Positions 1 through 9,053 of a stretch of 64,000 nt of DNA are shown here, in pieces (the first letter of the stretch is position 1; each line of letters starts with the position of its first letter). The notes under the pieces are model-generated. The model worked only from the letters and a program-made list of their open reading frames with translations. It had not been told where the DNA came from and did not search any database. The translations under genes were made by a program, and so were the position numbers. The stretch is from Desulfobacterales bacterium (GTDB lineage: Bacteria; Desulfobacterota; Desulfobacteria; Desulfobacterales; JAEINQ01). The DNA lies in contig JAEINQ010000030.1 of assembly GCA_016342285.1 (NCBI GenBank), positions 4,490-68,489 on the forward strand. Reading direction: 5' to 3'.

Positions 1-111
1 GCCGGTAAATATGAACACCCCGCCGCCGATGGTCATCCCCACGGCGATGAAGGTCACCGCCCCAAGACCGAGCACCGGCTTCAGGGCCGGGCCGGATCGA
101 TGATCTCCCAT
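1..111 (-). CDS. APC-family amino acid permease, N-terminal part (runs off the window)
   Basis: Not in the ORF track. Manual translation from ATG 111 gives MGDHRSGPALKPVLGLGAVTFIAVGMTIGGGVFIFTG, matching the APC TM1 motif (LxxxLGL...VGxxIGxGIF). GAGG RBS upstream; overlaps the 3' end of the activase. Confidence 0.8.
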   Translation of the reverse strand, partial: MGDHRSGPALKPVLGLGAVTFIAVGMTIGGGVFIFTG

Positions 112-1040
112 GCCTCTTCTCCCGGGGAAAAAGAAACGATCCCCTGCTGTGCCAGAATACTCTTGGCCCGATTCACCCCATCGTCTCCCATCTCTCCGCG
201 GATGGGCGACGGGTCCAGCCCCAGCCACTGCCGTTTGTTGGCCCCCATGTCGTGGTAGGGCACCACGGTGACGTGCCCGCACTGCCTGTCGCGCAGAAAA
301 CCGGCCCACTGGGTCAGGTTCTCCCGGGTATCGGTGATACCCGGCACCAGGGGAATCCGGGGCCAGACCGGAGGGGCGGCCCGGTCCAGATACGCCCGCT
401 GCAGACGGGTAAAGTTCTCCCGTATGGACCGGTTCTCCCTCTTACAGAGCCGGACGTGCTGGTCCGGGTCCCATACCTTGAGGTCAAAAAGGATCAGGTC
501 CACGGAAAGGAGAAGCCCTGCCACCGGGTGTTGCGACCCAAGATCGGTTTCGGCAAAAAAACCGCAGGTGGACAGGGCCACGTGAACCCCGCGTTCCTGC
601 AACGCCGACGTCAACACCCGGGCAAACGCGGCATGGAGAACGGGCTCGCCCCCGGACAGGGTCACCCCGCCGCCCGAATCGGCCATCAGGGGAAACTCCG
701 GTGCCAGATCGGCCAGGAGAGAAGAGACCTCCCTGTCCTGGCCAAAGCGCACCCGGGCACCGGTGGGGCAGCGATCCACACAGGCAAAACAGCGGGTGCA
801 GGCCCCGTCCGCGCCGGCCGCCGCCCCGGTGGGGCAGACCTCGATGCAGGCCCCGCAGCCGATGCATCGGTCTTCACGAAAGCCGATCTCCGGCGCCGGC
901 CGCCACGACTCCGGGTTCTGGCACCAGGCACAGCGCAGCGGGCACCCCTTGAAGAATACCAGGCTACGGATGCCCGGCCCGTCATGGAGGCAGAAATGCT
1001 GCAACGAAAAGACCGGGGCCGTGAGCCGGTCAGACCCCAT
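81..1040 (-). CDS. Glycyl-radical enzyme activating enzyme (radical SAM, with 2x[4Fe-4S] ferredoxin insert)
   Basis: HDGPGIRSLVFFKGCPLRCAWCQNPES; insert CIGCGACIEVCP/CTRCFACVDRCP; GGVTLSGGEP. Start re-set to ATG 1040, which overlaps the GRE stop. Confidence 0.95.
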   Translation of the reverse strand: MGSDRLTAPVFSLQHFCLHDGPGIRSLVFFKGCPLRCAWCQNPESWRPAPEIGFREDRCIGCGACIEVCPTGAAAGADGACTRCFACVDRCPTGARVRFGQDREVSSLLADLAPEFPLMADSGGGVTLSGGEPVLHAAFARVLTSALQERGVHVALSTCGFFAETDLGSQHPVAGLLLSVDLILFDLKVWDPDQHVRLCKRENRSIRENFTRLQRAYLDRAAPPVWPRIPLVPGITDTRENLTQWAGFLRDRQCGHVTVVPYHDMGANKRQWLGLDPSPIRGEMGDDGVNRAKSILAQQGIVSFSPGEEAWEIIDPARP

Positions 1041-3483
1041 GGGCGGTCCTTTCGATGATCTCGTCCTGGACCTGGGGATTGAGGTCGTTGAAATAGGCGC
1101 AGTACCCCGCCACCCGGACCACAATCCCCGGCCAGGAAGCCGGATCTCTCTTGGCGGCCCGGAGGATGTTCGAATCCAGCACATTGGGCTGGACCTGCAT
1201 GCCTCCCTGGGCAAAGTAGTTTCGAAACAGGGATACCAAAGCCCGCCGGCCGCTCTCCGCCCTGACGAGACGGGGATCGAATTTGATGTTCAGCGCCGCG
1301 CAGTTGGCCCATTTGGAACTGTCCAGGGAGGCCGCCGAGCGAAGCAGCGCCGACGGCCCTTCCCGGTCCATGCCGTCCACCGGAGACAGGCCGTTGGACA
1401 ACCGGGTGCCGGCTTTTCGCCCGTTGGGCAGGGCGCCGGTGACGCGGCCAAATCCCACGTGGCAGGTCATGGAGTAGATCCCGGGAATGTAACGCCCTCC
1501 CCGGCTGTTTTGATGGGCGAGAACGGCGTCGCTGTAAATGTCGGCCGCAAGCTGGGTCATCCGGTCGGCCTCGGGGTGGCCGTTGCCGTATCTGGGGAAG
1601 CGCAGGGCCAGTTCCATGCGCAAGGGCTCCTCTCCGGCGAAGTCGGAGGCCAAAATGGCGGCCAGGCGGGAAAGGGAGAGTCTCTTTTCTTCGAAAACCA
1701 GTTTTTTCAGCGCCAGCAGCGAATCGCCGGTGTCGGCCAGGCCGGCCACCTGGATGGAGGTCAGGTCGTAATGGCCGCCGCCCCAGGTCGCATCCTTTCC
1801 CGTGTCCATGCAGCCCTGGGTCATCATGGAGGTAATGGGGGTGGGACGGTGGATACGGTAGGTCACCTCCAACCGGGTGATCACCCGGGCCATGCGGCCG
1901 ACCGCATCAGCCACCTGACTGCGAAAGGCGTCGAGAAAATCTTCGAAAGAATGCATCTCGGCCACAGCCGGGGTGGCCGCTCCCAGGGGCCGCTGCCCGG
2001 GTCTGGCTCCGAAGCATCGCCCCTGGTTCAAGGCCAGTTCCAGGCACAGGGGCAGGTTGAAAAGGGCGGCATCGGAAGAGTTGTAGGTCCGGCCCTGGCT
2101 GCCGATCTCCACGCAGCCGATCACCGCGTAGTCCCTGGCGTGGGGCAATGTCATGCCCGCGGTTTCGGTCAGGGCCCGGATCACGGCCTTATCTCCGAAA
2201 AAGGAGGGTTTGCCGCACCCGAGCTGCACCACGGCCACGGCCTTTTCCAGAAAAGATGCCGGGGTATCGTCGTGCACCCGCACATGGAGAGCCGGCTCCC
2301 GGGTCCGGAGCCAGGCATACGCTTCCAGGAAAAGATGGGAGAGTTCGTTGGTGGTATCTCCGCCCGCTTCATCCACGCCGCCCAGGGTAATCCCCTGAGC
2401 CACACCATTGCCGCTGAAAAACCGGTCGATGCGCTGAGAATACAGGGGAAGGGTTTCGCAGGTCTTTAGCTGAAAGCTGGCGATACGTTCCAGGGCCTGT
2501 TCGCGGGTCAGGGTTCCCCGGGCCAGCTCCCGACGGTAGAGAGGCTCCAGAAAACGGTCCAGGCGGCCAAAGGACATGCCCTGCTCGAAGTCCTCCTGGA
2601 TCAGGGCCACATGGACCAGCCAGCAGGACTGCAGGCCCTCGGCAAAGGTCCGGGCCGGGTGATAGGGGACGTGCCGGCAGGCCCGGGACGCCCGGAGAAG
2701 TTCCTCCCGCCGTGTGGGGGATACGCCGGGGCACCGGGCCTCTTTTTCCGCTTCGACCGCCAGGTTTTCAGCCATGCGCCGGATGCCGTCAATGGCCATG
2801 CGCACGGATCGGAAAAAGGCGGTCTGGTCGCAGGAAAGCCGCCGCCCGTTGGGAAGTGCGTTTCTTTCCAGTGCTTTTTGAGCCTCCCGGTCAATCCGGA
2901 CGAGTCCGTGGCGGATCAGGCTGTGGTAGTCGCCCACCTGGTGTCCCACCCCCGCCTCTTCCGTAATGAAGTAGCGCCGGGCGCGAAAGAAATCGAAAAA
3001 ATCGGAAAGCCATCCCGGACGCAAAAGTGCCTTGGCGCCGATACTTCGGCCCATGCTTTCCACACAAAATCCCGCCAATCGGACTTTCTCCCCAAAGCTG
3101 AGCGTCAACGGAGACTGGCGCCGTTCCAACCGGAAAAGATCTTCAAAGATGTTCATGGATCCGCCTTCCGGATAAAAATTGGCGGCGATCCGCTTGGACG
3201 TCATGTTGCCGATGATCATCTCTTCAGGATAGATCCGAGGCTGGCGGTGGACGAGGAGAAACCGCAGTGCCCGGGCCCTTTTGACCAGGGGGTGGTCGCG
3301 CCGGGCCCGGCGTCCTTCCCGGGAAAGGGAAAACCGGCGCAGCAACGAAGGACGTTCCAGACAAACGGAGGCCGACGTATTTAGCACGGTGCTGCGGATG
3401 GACGCGATCCGCGGAGGCGGCTCGGCAAACAGGTGGGAAGGTGCCGAATGGACGGCTGTGGGACTGGCAAGGCATCCGCTCAT
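1030..3483 (-). CDS. Glycyl radical enzyme, PFL-like fold, single-Cys (eliminase-type) class, substrate unknown
   Basis: Cys loop IGCVE; glycyl radical motif VRVAGY; GVGH; SFGRLD. Start moved to ATG 3483/3486 behind a GGAGG RBS, because the longer ORF start overlaps the promoter and operator. Confidence 0.95.
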   Translation of the reverse strand: MSGCLASPTAVHSAPSHLFAEPPPRIASIRSTVLNTSASVCLERPSLLRRFSLSREGRRARRDHPLVKRARALRFLLVHRQPRIYPEEMIIGNMTSKRIAANFYPEGGSMNIFEDLFRLERRQSPLTLSFGEKVRLAGFCVESMGRSIGAKALLRPGWLSDFFDFFRARRYFITEEAGVGHQVGDYHSLIRHGLVRIDREAQKALERNALPNGRRLSCDQTAFFRSVRMAIDGIRRMAENLAVEAEKEARCPGVSPTRREELLRASRACRHVPYHPARTFAEGLQSCWLVHVALIQEDFEQGMSFGRLDRFLEPLYRRELARGTLTREQALERIASFQLKTCETLPLYSQRIDRFFSGNGVAQGITLGGVDEAGGDTTNELSHLFLEAYAWLRTREPALHVRVHDDTPASFLEKAVAVVQLGCGKPSFFGDKAVIRALTETAGMTLPHARDYAVIGCVEIGSQGRTYNSSDAALFNLPLCLELALNQGRCFGARPGQRPLGAATPAVAEMHSFEDFLDAFRSQVADAVGRMARVITRLEVTYRIHRPTPITSMMTQGCMDTGKDATWGGGHYDLTSIQVAGLADTGDSLLALKKLVFEEKRLSLSRLAAILASDFAGEEPLRMELALRFPRYGNGHPEADRMTQLAADIYSDAVLAHQNSRGGRYIPGIYSMTCHVGFGRVTGALPNGRKAGTRLSNGLSPVDGMDREGPSALLRSAASLDSSKWANCAALNIKFDPRLVRAESGRRALVSLFRNYFAQGGMQVQPNVLDSNILRAAKRDPASWPGIVVRVAGYCAYFNDLNPQVQDEIIERTAHGV

Positions 3484-3533
3484 CATTTTCCTCCAAAGGC
3501 GGGATATGTTGGATCTGGGGAAATGAGCCAAAT

Positions 3534-3583
3534 CGGTATTACCGGATGCGCTTTCTGTAACAGCCCTGCTCAAGCCCTGTCAA
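3534..3583 (-). promoter_or_regulatory. Sigma70 promoter of the GRE operon plus palindromic operator CGGTATTACCG
   Basis: TTGACA on the minus strand (3583-3578); TGnTACAGA-like -10 near 3559-3554; palindrome at 3534-3544. Confidence 0.7.
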
Positions 3584-3648
3584 GGTGTAAATATCGCATA
3601 TATCCTTTTAATCTATAACTATAACGAAAACATACGCACCCCTTCCCC

Positions 3649-3688
3649 TTGACAAGAAAAGCCATCCTGACGCATAGTGGTATTACCA
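3649..3688 (+). promoter_or_regulatory. Sigma70 promoter of the GntR regulator plus operator TGGTATTACCA
   Basis: TTGACA (3649-3654), 18-nt spacer, CATAGT, then palindrome at 3678-3688 resembling FadR/PdhR-subfamily boxes (TGGT-N3-ACCA). Confidence 0.75.
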
Positions 3689-3701
3689 ATCAAGGTAAAT
3701 A

Positions 3702-3882
3702 GGCTGAAGACTGAAGGCTGAAGGCTGAAGGCTGAAGCAAAACCCGAATTCAGATCCAAACCCGCTGTGTCCGGATACAGCAAGGGCCGATGACTCAATA
3801 AGGGGGACAAACCCTCATTTCAACGGAATCTTCGATGATCCTCACCTTCGGACTTCGGACTTCGGACTTCAACCTTCAGACT
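3702..3882. repeat. Inverted pair of 5x heptamer tandem arrays, (GCTGAAG)n ... (CTTCGGA)n
   Basis: CTGAAG units at 3704, 3711, 3718, 3725, 3732; CTTC units at 3846, 3853, 3860, 3867, 3874. Confidence 0.85.
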
Positions 3883-3906
3883 ATACAGCTAATCGCAGGG
3901 GACCAC

Positions 3907-4635
3907 ATGGCCGACAATCTCTCGGATGCGGTTTACCGGAAACTGCAAAAACAGATTCTCGACAAGACCTATCCGCCGGGAAGCCGGTTCCCGTCAGAAA
4001 GGGACCTGGCCGAAGCCCTTGGCGTGAGCCGGGTGACCGTCCGTGAGGCGGTCCGCCGCCTGGCAGAACTGGGGCTGGTGAACAAGATTCCTTCCAGCGG
4101 AACCTATGTCAGGGAATTCGAGTCCGAAGCCTCCCTAGACCTGCTGGTGAAAATCATGCAGTCCAGAGACTCGCTGGATCCTGACATGCTCTCTTCCCTT
4201 TTGGAATTCCGGAGGGCCACAGAGGTATTTGCCGCCCGCGCGGCGGCCCTGCGGGCCTCACGGGAAGAGACGGCCGAGCTTCGAGCGATCCTTGCCGAAA
4301 TGGAAAACCGCCTGGAGGATGCCGACTTCCTGGCCCAGGCCGACTACCGGTTCCATTTCGCCCTGATCCGCATCTCCGGCAACCGGGTGTTCCGGCTCAT
4401 TCTCAATGCATTCAAACCGGTCTACACGTTTTACACCCGGTTTTTTTACGGTTTGGAAGAGATGCCCAGGCGGTCCATCCTCTTTTTCAGGAAACTCGTT
4501 TCGGCCCTTGAATCCAAGGATGAATTGTTTGCCGCCTACATCATGGAAAAGATGCTGGAATACGCCGAAAACCGGGTCAAGGAGGAGACCGACTTATTCA
4601 CCCGGTCCTTGGCCGGGGAAGGACAGACGAAATAG
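3907..4635 (+). CDS. GntR-family (FadR subfamily) transcriptional regulator
   Basis: PPGSRFPSERDLAEALGVSRVTVREA winged HTH; FCD domain DYRFHFALIRISGN. Confidence 0.95.
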   Translation: MADNLSDAVYRKLQKQILDKTYPPGSRFPSERDLAEALGVSRVTVREAVRRLAELGLVNKIPSSGTYVREFESEASLDLLVKIMQSRDSLDPDMLSSLLEFRRATEVFAARAAALRASREETAELRAILAEMENRLEDADFLAQADYRFHFALIRISGNRVFRLILNAFKPVYTFYTRFFYGLEEMPRRSILFFRKLVSALESKDELFAAYIMEKMLEYAENRVKEETDLFTRSLAGEGQTK

Positions 4636-4663
4636 AATCGGAATATTCATCGGAGGAACAAAA

Positions 4664-5550
4664 ATGACACCCAAGCACTGTCTCCGCCCCTGGTTTTTCT
4701 CCTTGTCCCTATTCTGCTCTTCTCCTGTGCATCCCACAGCCGGAAGCATTTTTCCCCGGATGCCGACGTCCAGCGCCCCCTGACAGAACTGGACAACCGG
4801 ATCCGGAACCTGGTGACCACCTCTTCGGGTCTTTCGCTCTCCGTCAAGCCTTTTCCCGAAGAAGAGGCTCATCCCCTGTGGCACATCACTCGAAAGGCAA
4901 AAAAGAATCCGGTCCGCCGGGTGTTGATCACCAGCGGCATCCATGGCAACGAGCCCGGAGGCGTGGAGACAGTGCTGGCCTTTATTCGAGCCCTGGACGC
5001 AGAACCGGACCGCTACCCAAACATCGAATTTCACATCCTGCCCCTGCTCAATCCCTGGGGATGGACGCGAAATCTGCGGTTCAATTCCAACGGCACGGAT
5101 ATCAATCGGGATTTTTCCTCGTTTGAATCGGTCAAGGCCCGGGCGATCCGAACCCTGGTGGGGCAGATGCGTTTCGACCTGGTGGTCAATCTCCATGAAG
5201 ACCCCGAGGCCACCGGGTTTTACATGTACCAGTATGCCCGACCGGACAAGGTGTTGTGCCGGCAGATCATCGAAACGGTGAGGCAATCCGGATTTCCGGT
5301 GGAACAAGAGATCCGGATGCTGCTCCTGAAAACCGAGGAAGGATTGATCGACGCCCCCCTGTGGGGACTTTGGTACATGCGCCTGACCCGGCAGTTGAGC
5401 TTTGACAATTACTGCCGGCTCGAATTGTCAATAAATGTCTTCACCCTGGAAACGCCCATGCAAGGCCCCATGGATACGCGGGTCGCCGTTCAACTGAAGG
5501 CCCTCCACATACTGATCCAGGCCCTTTGCGACCCCCTGCCCGGCGCTTAG
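4664..5550 (+). CDS. M14-family zinc carboxypeptidase/desuccinylase-like lipoprotein, with a 1-nt frameshift near 4687-4698
   Basis: SGIHGNE (HxxE), DINRDF, NLHED. GGAGGA-ATG at 4664 is out of frame with the downstream LVFLLVPILLFSC lipobox and catalytic domain. Confidence 0.75.
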
Positions 5551-5570
5551 CAGGCTGCTGAAAATGGAAA

Positions 5571-5948
5571 CTACTTTGTATCAAAACCCGGCATCTGCTT
5601 GAGCAGGCCAACGAGCATGTCGGCCTCCTTTGCCCCCGGGCTGGCCGGAATTCGGGCCATGATGCCCAGCCCTTCACTGGCCTCGTGAAAATCGTCTTCC
5701 GAAAGGTCGCTGACCACGGCCATGTTGATCATGGCATTAACGGCGATGACCTGCCGGGCAACGGCCAAGGCATCGCTGCCGTCGACCATGGCGTCAATGA
5801 CCAAAAGATCCGGTGCTTTGCCAAAGGCCAGGTCAACATCCCCAATGGACGAAGCACAGTCAGTCTGGCATTGGAAAGCGTCAGCCAGCCGCCGGGCCAT
5901 TTCGTCAAAGGCCGATACCCGTTCGGTCAGGATCACAATCTGTGGCAT
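5571..5948 (-). CDS. Single-domain atypical receiver (REC-like) protein
   Basis: PDLLVID with the phospho-Asp retained; the KP motif is absent (RIP); GAGGA RBS. Confidence 0.65.
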   Translation of the reverse strand: MPQIVILTERVSAFDEMARRLADAFQCQTDCASSIGDVDLAFGKAPDLLVIDAMVDGSDALAVARQVIAVNAMINMAVVSDLSEDDFHEASEGLGIMARIPASPGAKEADMLVGLLKQMPGFDTK

Positions 5949-6045
5949 GTTTGTTTCCTCAATGGGGTGTTGGAAAACGTCATGAACGAAGCGACTCCAC
6001 AACTTTGATAAAGCCGTGGTCACCGACATGCCGTTTTTTTCATTA

Positions 6046-6108
6046 ACCACGAAGCACACGAAGCTGAAATCATAATATATTATTTAACCCCTTCGTGCTC
6101 TTCGTGGT
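6046..6108. repeat. ACCAC...GTGGT palindromic repeat with 9-nt sub-repeats
   Basis: ACCACGAAGCACACGAAG, AT-rich loop, CTTCGTGCTCTTCGTGGT. The loop is shared with the inverted copy at 61822. Confidence 0.85.
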
Positions 6109-6190
6109 AAAAAATGGCGTTTTTATTGATAACGTTTGTCGAGACCGGATTGCTACCGCGGGAAATCCCCCGAGAAACCACAAGAAAGGT

Positions 6191-6445
6191 TCAGATAGGC
6201 CCTTTACCGCAGCAGGAACCCGGACCCGCGCACCCGGCATGTCCGGGCGTGGAACCGCAGCACGCCGTGTCCCCCGGGCCGGGCAGGGACGGCCCGGTTC
6301 GACCGGTCATGGAACTGGTGGCGGCCATGAGCTTCCGGACGTTACTGCCGCCACAGGCGGGGCAAATCATTTCATCATTGCCCGACATCACCAGAAGTTC
6401 ACTTTGCGCCTCGCAGGAAAGGCAAACCACCTCATAAATCGGCAT
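6191..6445 (-). CDS. FmdB-family zinc ribbon protein
   Basis: MPIYEVVCLSC...CPACGG; Cys-rich tail. Confidence 0.9.
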   Translation of the reverse strand: MPIYEVVCLSCEAQSELLVMSGNDEMICPACGGSNVRKLMAATSSMTGRTGPSLPGPGDTACCGSTPGHAGCAGPGSCCGKGPI

Positions 6446-6680
6446 GATGCGCTCCTTTTGCCCATGACATTATTTCACTCAAATTGAGCGTTTCCAATTT
6501 CGGCAATCGCTCAACTCAGGTTTCACGAAGGTTAAGAAAAAGACGGCCGCCGGCCCTCAGAAAACCGTGGAGGCAAGCGGTTTTCTGATTTACCGGGAGG
6601 AGGTGCCCTTAACCCTGCAGAGCGCAGGCCAGCGGCCGCCAGATACCCGTCATCATATAAAATGAGCCGAGCTGGCCGTT

Positions 6681-7061
6681 CTAGTTACCCCCGCCGCCGC
6701 CACAGGTGTGCTCCTGGGTAAACTGGGGCAGATTGCCCGCCACCAAAGCGGTCACTGCAGCCCCAACGGTCTCTGCGTCACCGCCGAAATAGACATCTAC
6801 GCCGACCTGGTTAAACCCCATAAGGGGCCGCATACCCATCCCGCCGGCGATCAGAATCTTGGCACCATTGTCGGCCAGGTACTGAACCGGCGCCATGCAC
6901 CCGCCCTGTTGATGGGGCACGCAGGGAATGACATTCACCGACTTGATCTCACTATTTTCGACGGAAACCAGGGTGTACATATCGCAATGGCCAAAATGCG
7001 CACCCAGCGGGGCTTCCAAACCGCCGGGCGAAGAAGAGGGAATGGCAATAACCGTATTCAT
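6681..7061 (-). CDS. NifB/NifX-family (MTH1175-like) metallocluster-binding protein
   Basis: HFGHC, HQQGGC, GGMGMRP; GGAGA RBS. Confidence 0.9.
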   Translation of the reverse strand: MNTVIAIPSSSPGGLEAPLGAHFGHCDMYTLVSVENSEIKSVNVIPCVPHQQGGCMAPVQYLADNGAKILIAGGMGMRPLMGFNQVGVDVYFGGDAETVGAAVTALVAGNLPQFTQEHTCGGGGGN

Positions 7062-7121
7062 CGTAAAATCTCCTTTTTTTGTTAATTCACTTTGCTGGTT
7101 TAATCTTTGCATTATCAACGC

Positions 7122-7258
7122 TTGATACATTCGTAAAAAGTCATTTTTAAACCACGAAGGCACAAAGCACACAAAGAACAAAGACTTTCAATTTAGCTTG
7201 TTAACTTTGTGCCCTTTGTGTCTTTGTGGTAATTTTGGTCTTCTTACGGGGCCATCAA
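7122..7258. mobile_element. MITE-like element with TTGAT-N-CGTAAAAAG terminal inverted repeats, carrying an ACCAC/GTGGT palindrome
   Basis: Ends TTGATACATTCGTAAAAAGTC and CTTCTTACGGGGCCATCAA; inner palindrome at 7151-7230. Confidence 0.7.
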
Positions 7259-7288
7259 ATTTTTGCTCCGGGCTATGGACTTCATTGT

Positions 7289-8176
7289 TCACGCCGCCGC
7301 CCGAGTCGCGCTCCACCCTTCAATGTTCTGCCAGATGAGCCGGATCTCACGGGCAATAGCGCTGTCCGGGGCGTATTCGGTAACGGTTTGTGCCGCCACC
7401 ATGGCTTCGGTCATCACCTGATCGTGGGGCAACTTTCCAAGCATGGCAAGGCCGTTTTTCGTGCAAAAATCTTTGATGACCCCGGTTCTTTGGATATGCA
7501 GATCAAACTTGTTGACAATCACGCCCGTGGGGATTTTGAAAAACGCACAAAGTTCGACAATCCGTTCCAGGTCATGTAAACCGGACGGGGTCGGCTCGGT
7601 AACGATCACCGCCATGGCCGCACCGGAAAGCGAACTGATCACCGGGCAACCGATACCCGGGGGGCCATCCGACAGGATAAGATCGAGCCCGTCCTGTTCC
7701 GCCATAACCTTGGCTTTCTGCCTGAGCAATGCCACCAGCCGACCGGAATTTTCTTCCCCAGGAAAGAGCTGGGCATGGATCATGGGACCAAACCGGCTGT
7801 CGGATCGGTACCAGTCCCCGCAGTATCTCGGTGTAAAATCAATGGCATCGGCCGGGCAAAATTCCACGCAGACTTTGCACCCCTCGCACCGAAGCGAATC
7901 GATCCGGAATGCGTCCGGGCCTTCGATAATGGCGTCGTAGCGGCACCGTTCAGCGCAGACACCACAGGCCGTGCAGTCTTCCGGGCGAATGGTAGCCTCA
8001 AAACCGGAAACAAAAGCTTCGGTCTCCAGCCGCTGGGGGTCGAGCAATAGATGCAGGTCCGGGGCATCCACGTCCAGATCACAAATGACATGGCGCGAGG
8101 CCAGATGGGCAAAGGCAGCGGTCAGAGACGTCTTGCCGGTCCCTCCCTTGCCGCTGAGCACCACAATTTCAACCAT
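7289..8176 (-). CDS. MinD-superfamily P-loop ATPase with inserted ferredoxin domain
   Basis: SGKGGTGKT, DLDVDAPD, CTACGVC/CEGCKVC, DGPPGIGCP, VTEPT. Confidence 0.92.
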   Translation of the reverse strand: MVEIVVLSGKGGTGKTSLTAAFAHLASRHVICDLDVDAPDLHLLLDPQRLETEAFVSGFEATIRPEDCTACGVCAERCRYDAIIEGPDAFRIDSLRCEGCKVCVEFCPADAIDFTPRYCGDWYRSDSRFGPMIHAQLFPGEENSGRLVALLRQKAKVMAEQDGLDLILSDGPPGIGCPVISSLSGAAMAVIVTEPTPSGLHDLERIVELCAFFKIPTGVIVNKFDLHIQRTGVIKDFCTKNGLAMLGKLPHDQVMTEAMVAAQTVTEYAPDSAIAREIRLIWQNIEGWSATRAAA

Positions 8177-9053
8177 GGGAGACCTCCGATCGGCAATCCG
8201 CGTCCGGCACCATGGACCGGATGCGCTGCACCATTTCATCAAAAATGCCACGCGTTTCAGGAGTTGCATCGGCAACGATGCGGCCATCGGCATAGGCCTC
8301 GGCGATGCGCCGATCATAAGGGATTTCCGCAATGATGGGCAGATCCCGGTCCTTGCAGACCTTGTAGACATCCGGTGAGCCGATGCCGGCCCGATTCACC
8401 ACCACGGCCATGGGTTTTCCCAGCGGCGCAAACGCCTGGTGGGCCAGGGCCAGATCAAAGACCCCGAACGGGGTGGGTTCGGTAACCAACACGATGGCGT
8501 CGGCATCCATGACAGCAGCAACCGCCGGGCAACTGACCCCCGGCGGGGCATCAATAATCACATCGCAATCCCGCCCGTCAATCATTTGGGCCAGGCGCTG
8601 TTTGACCTGCCGCATGAGGGGCGGGCTCATGGCCTCACCAACCCTCAAGCGCCCCATGAGAAAATCGACCGATCCCACCGTCCCCCAGGAAATCTCCCCC
8701 AGTTCCCGGCTGCCGGCAGAAAGCGCCCCCTCGGGACAAACAGCAATGCAACCGCCGCAGCCATGGCACATTTCCGTAAATGTCAGAATCACGTCTCCCA
8801 GCACACTGATGGCCTTGAACTGGCAAATCTCAGTGCATTTGCGGCACTGGTTGCACAAGCTTTCGTCGGCAACGGGGACCTCCATCAGGGCCGTTTCGTG
8901 ACCGGTAATCTCGGGATTGAGGAAGAGGTGCAGATTCGGCTCCTCCACGTCCAGATCGACGGCGACCAGGGGGGTCGACCAGATCGATGCCAGAGACGCC
9001 GTGACCGTGGTCTTACCGGTCCCTCCTTTTCCGCTGGCGATAGAGATTTTCAT
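8169..9053 (-). CDS. MinD-superfamily P-loop ATPase with inserted ferredoxin domain (paralog)
   Basis: SGKGGTGKT, DLDVEEPN, CNQCRKC/CHGCGGC, DAPPGVSCP. Confidence 0.92.
   Translation of the reverse strand: MKISIASGKGGTGKTTVTASLASIWSTPLVAVDLDVEEPNLHLFLNPEITGHETALMEVPVADESLCNQCRKCTEICQFKAISVLGDVILTFTEMCHGCGGCIAVCPEGALSAGSRELGEISWGTVGSVDFLMGRLRVGEAMSPPLMRQVKQRLAQMIDGRDCDVIIDAPPGVSCPAVAAVMDADAIVLVTEPTPFGVFDLALAHQAFAPLGKPMAVVVNRAGIGSPDVYKVCKDRDLPIIAEIPYDRRIAEAYADGRIVADATPETRGIFDEMVQRIRSMVPDADCRSEVSHG

Noticed and set aside
763-2469. Long antisense ORFs (e.g. 763-2469, 38087-39358, 31010-32206, 58835-60001)
   Set aside because: They are shadows of GC-rich genes on the opposite strand and have no motifs.
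1030-3483. Calling the GRE pyruvate formate-lyase, choline TMA-lyase or HypD
   Set aside because: It has no Cys-Cys pair, and the CutC and HypD substrate motifs and usual partner genes are not evident.
3702-3882. Short tandem arrays as CRISPR
   Set aside because: The units are 7-11 nt with no unique spacers, and there are no cas genes.
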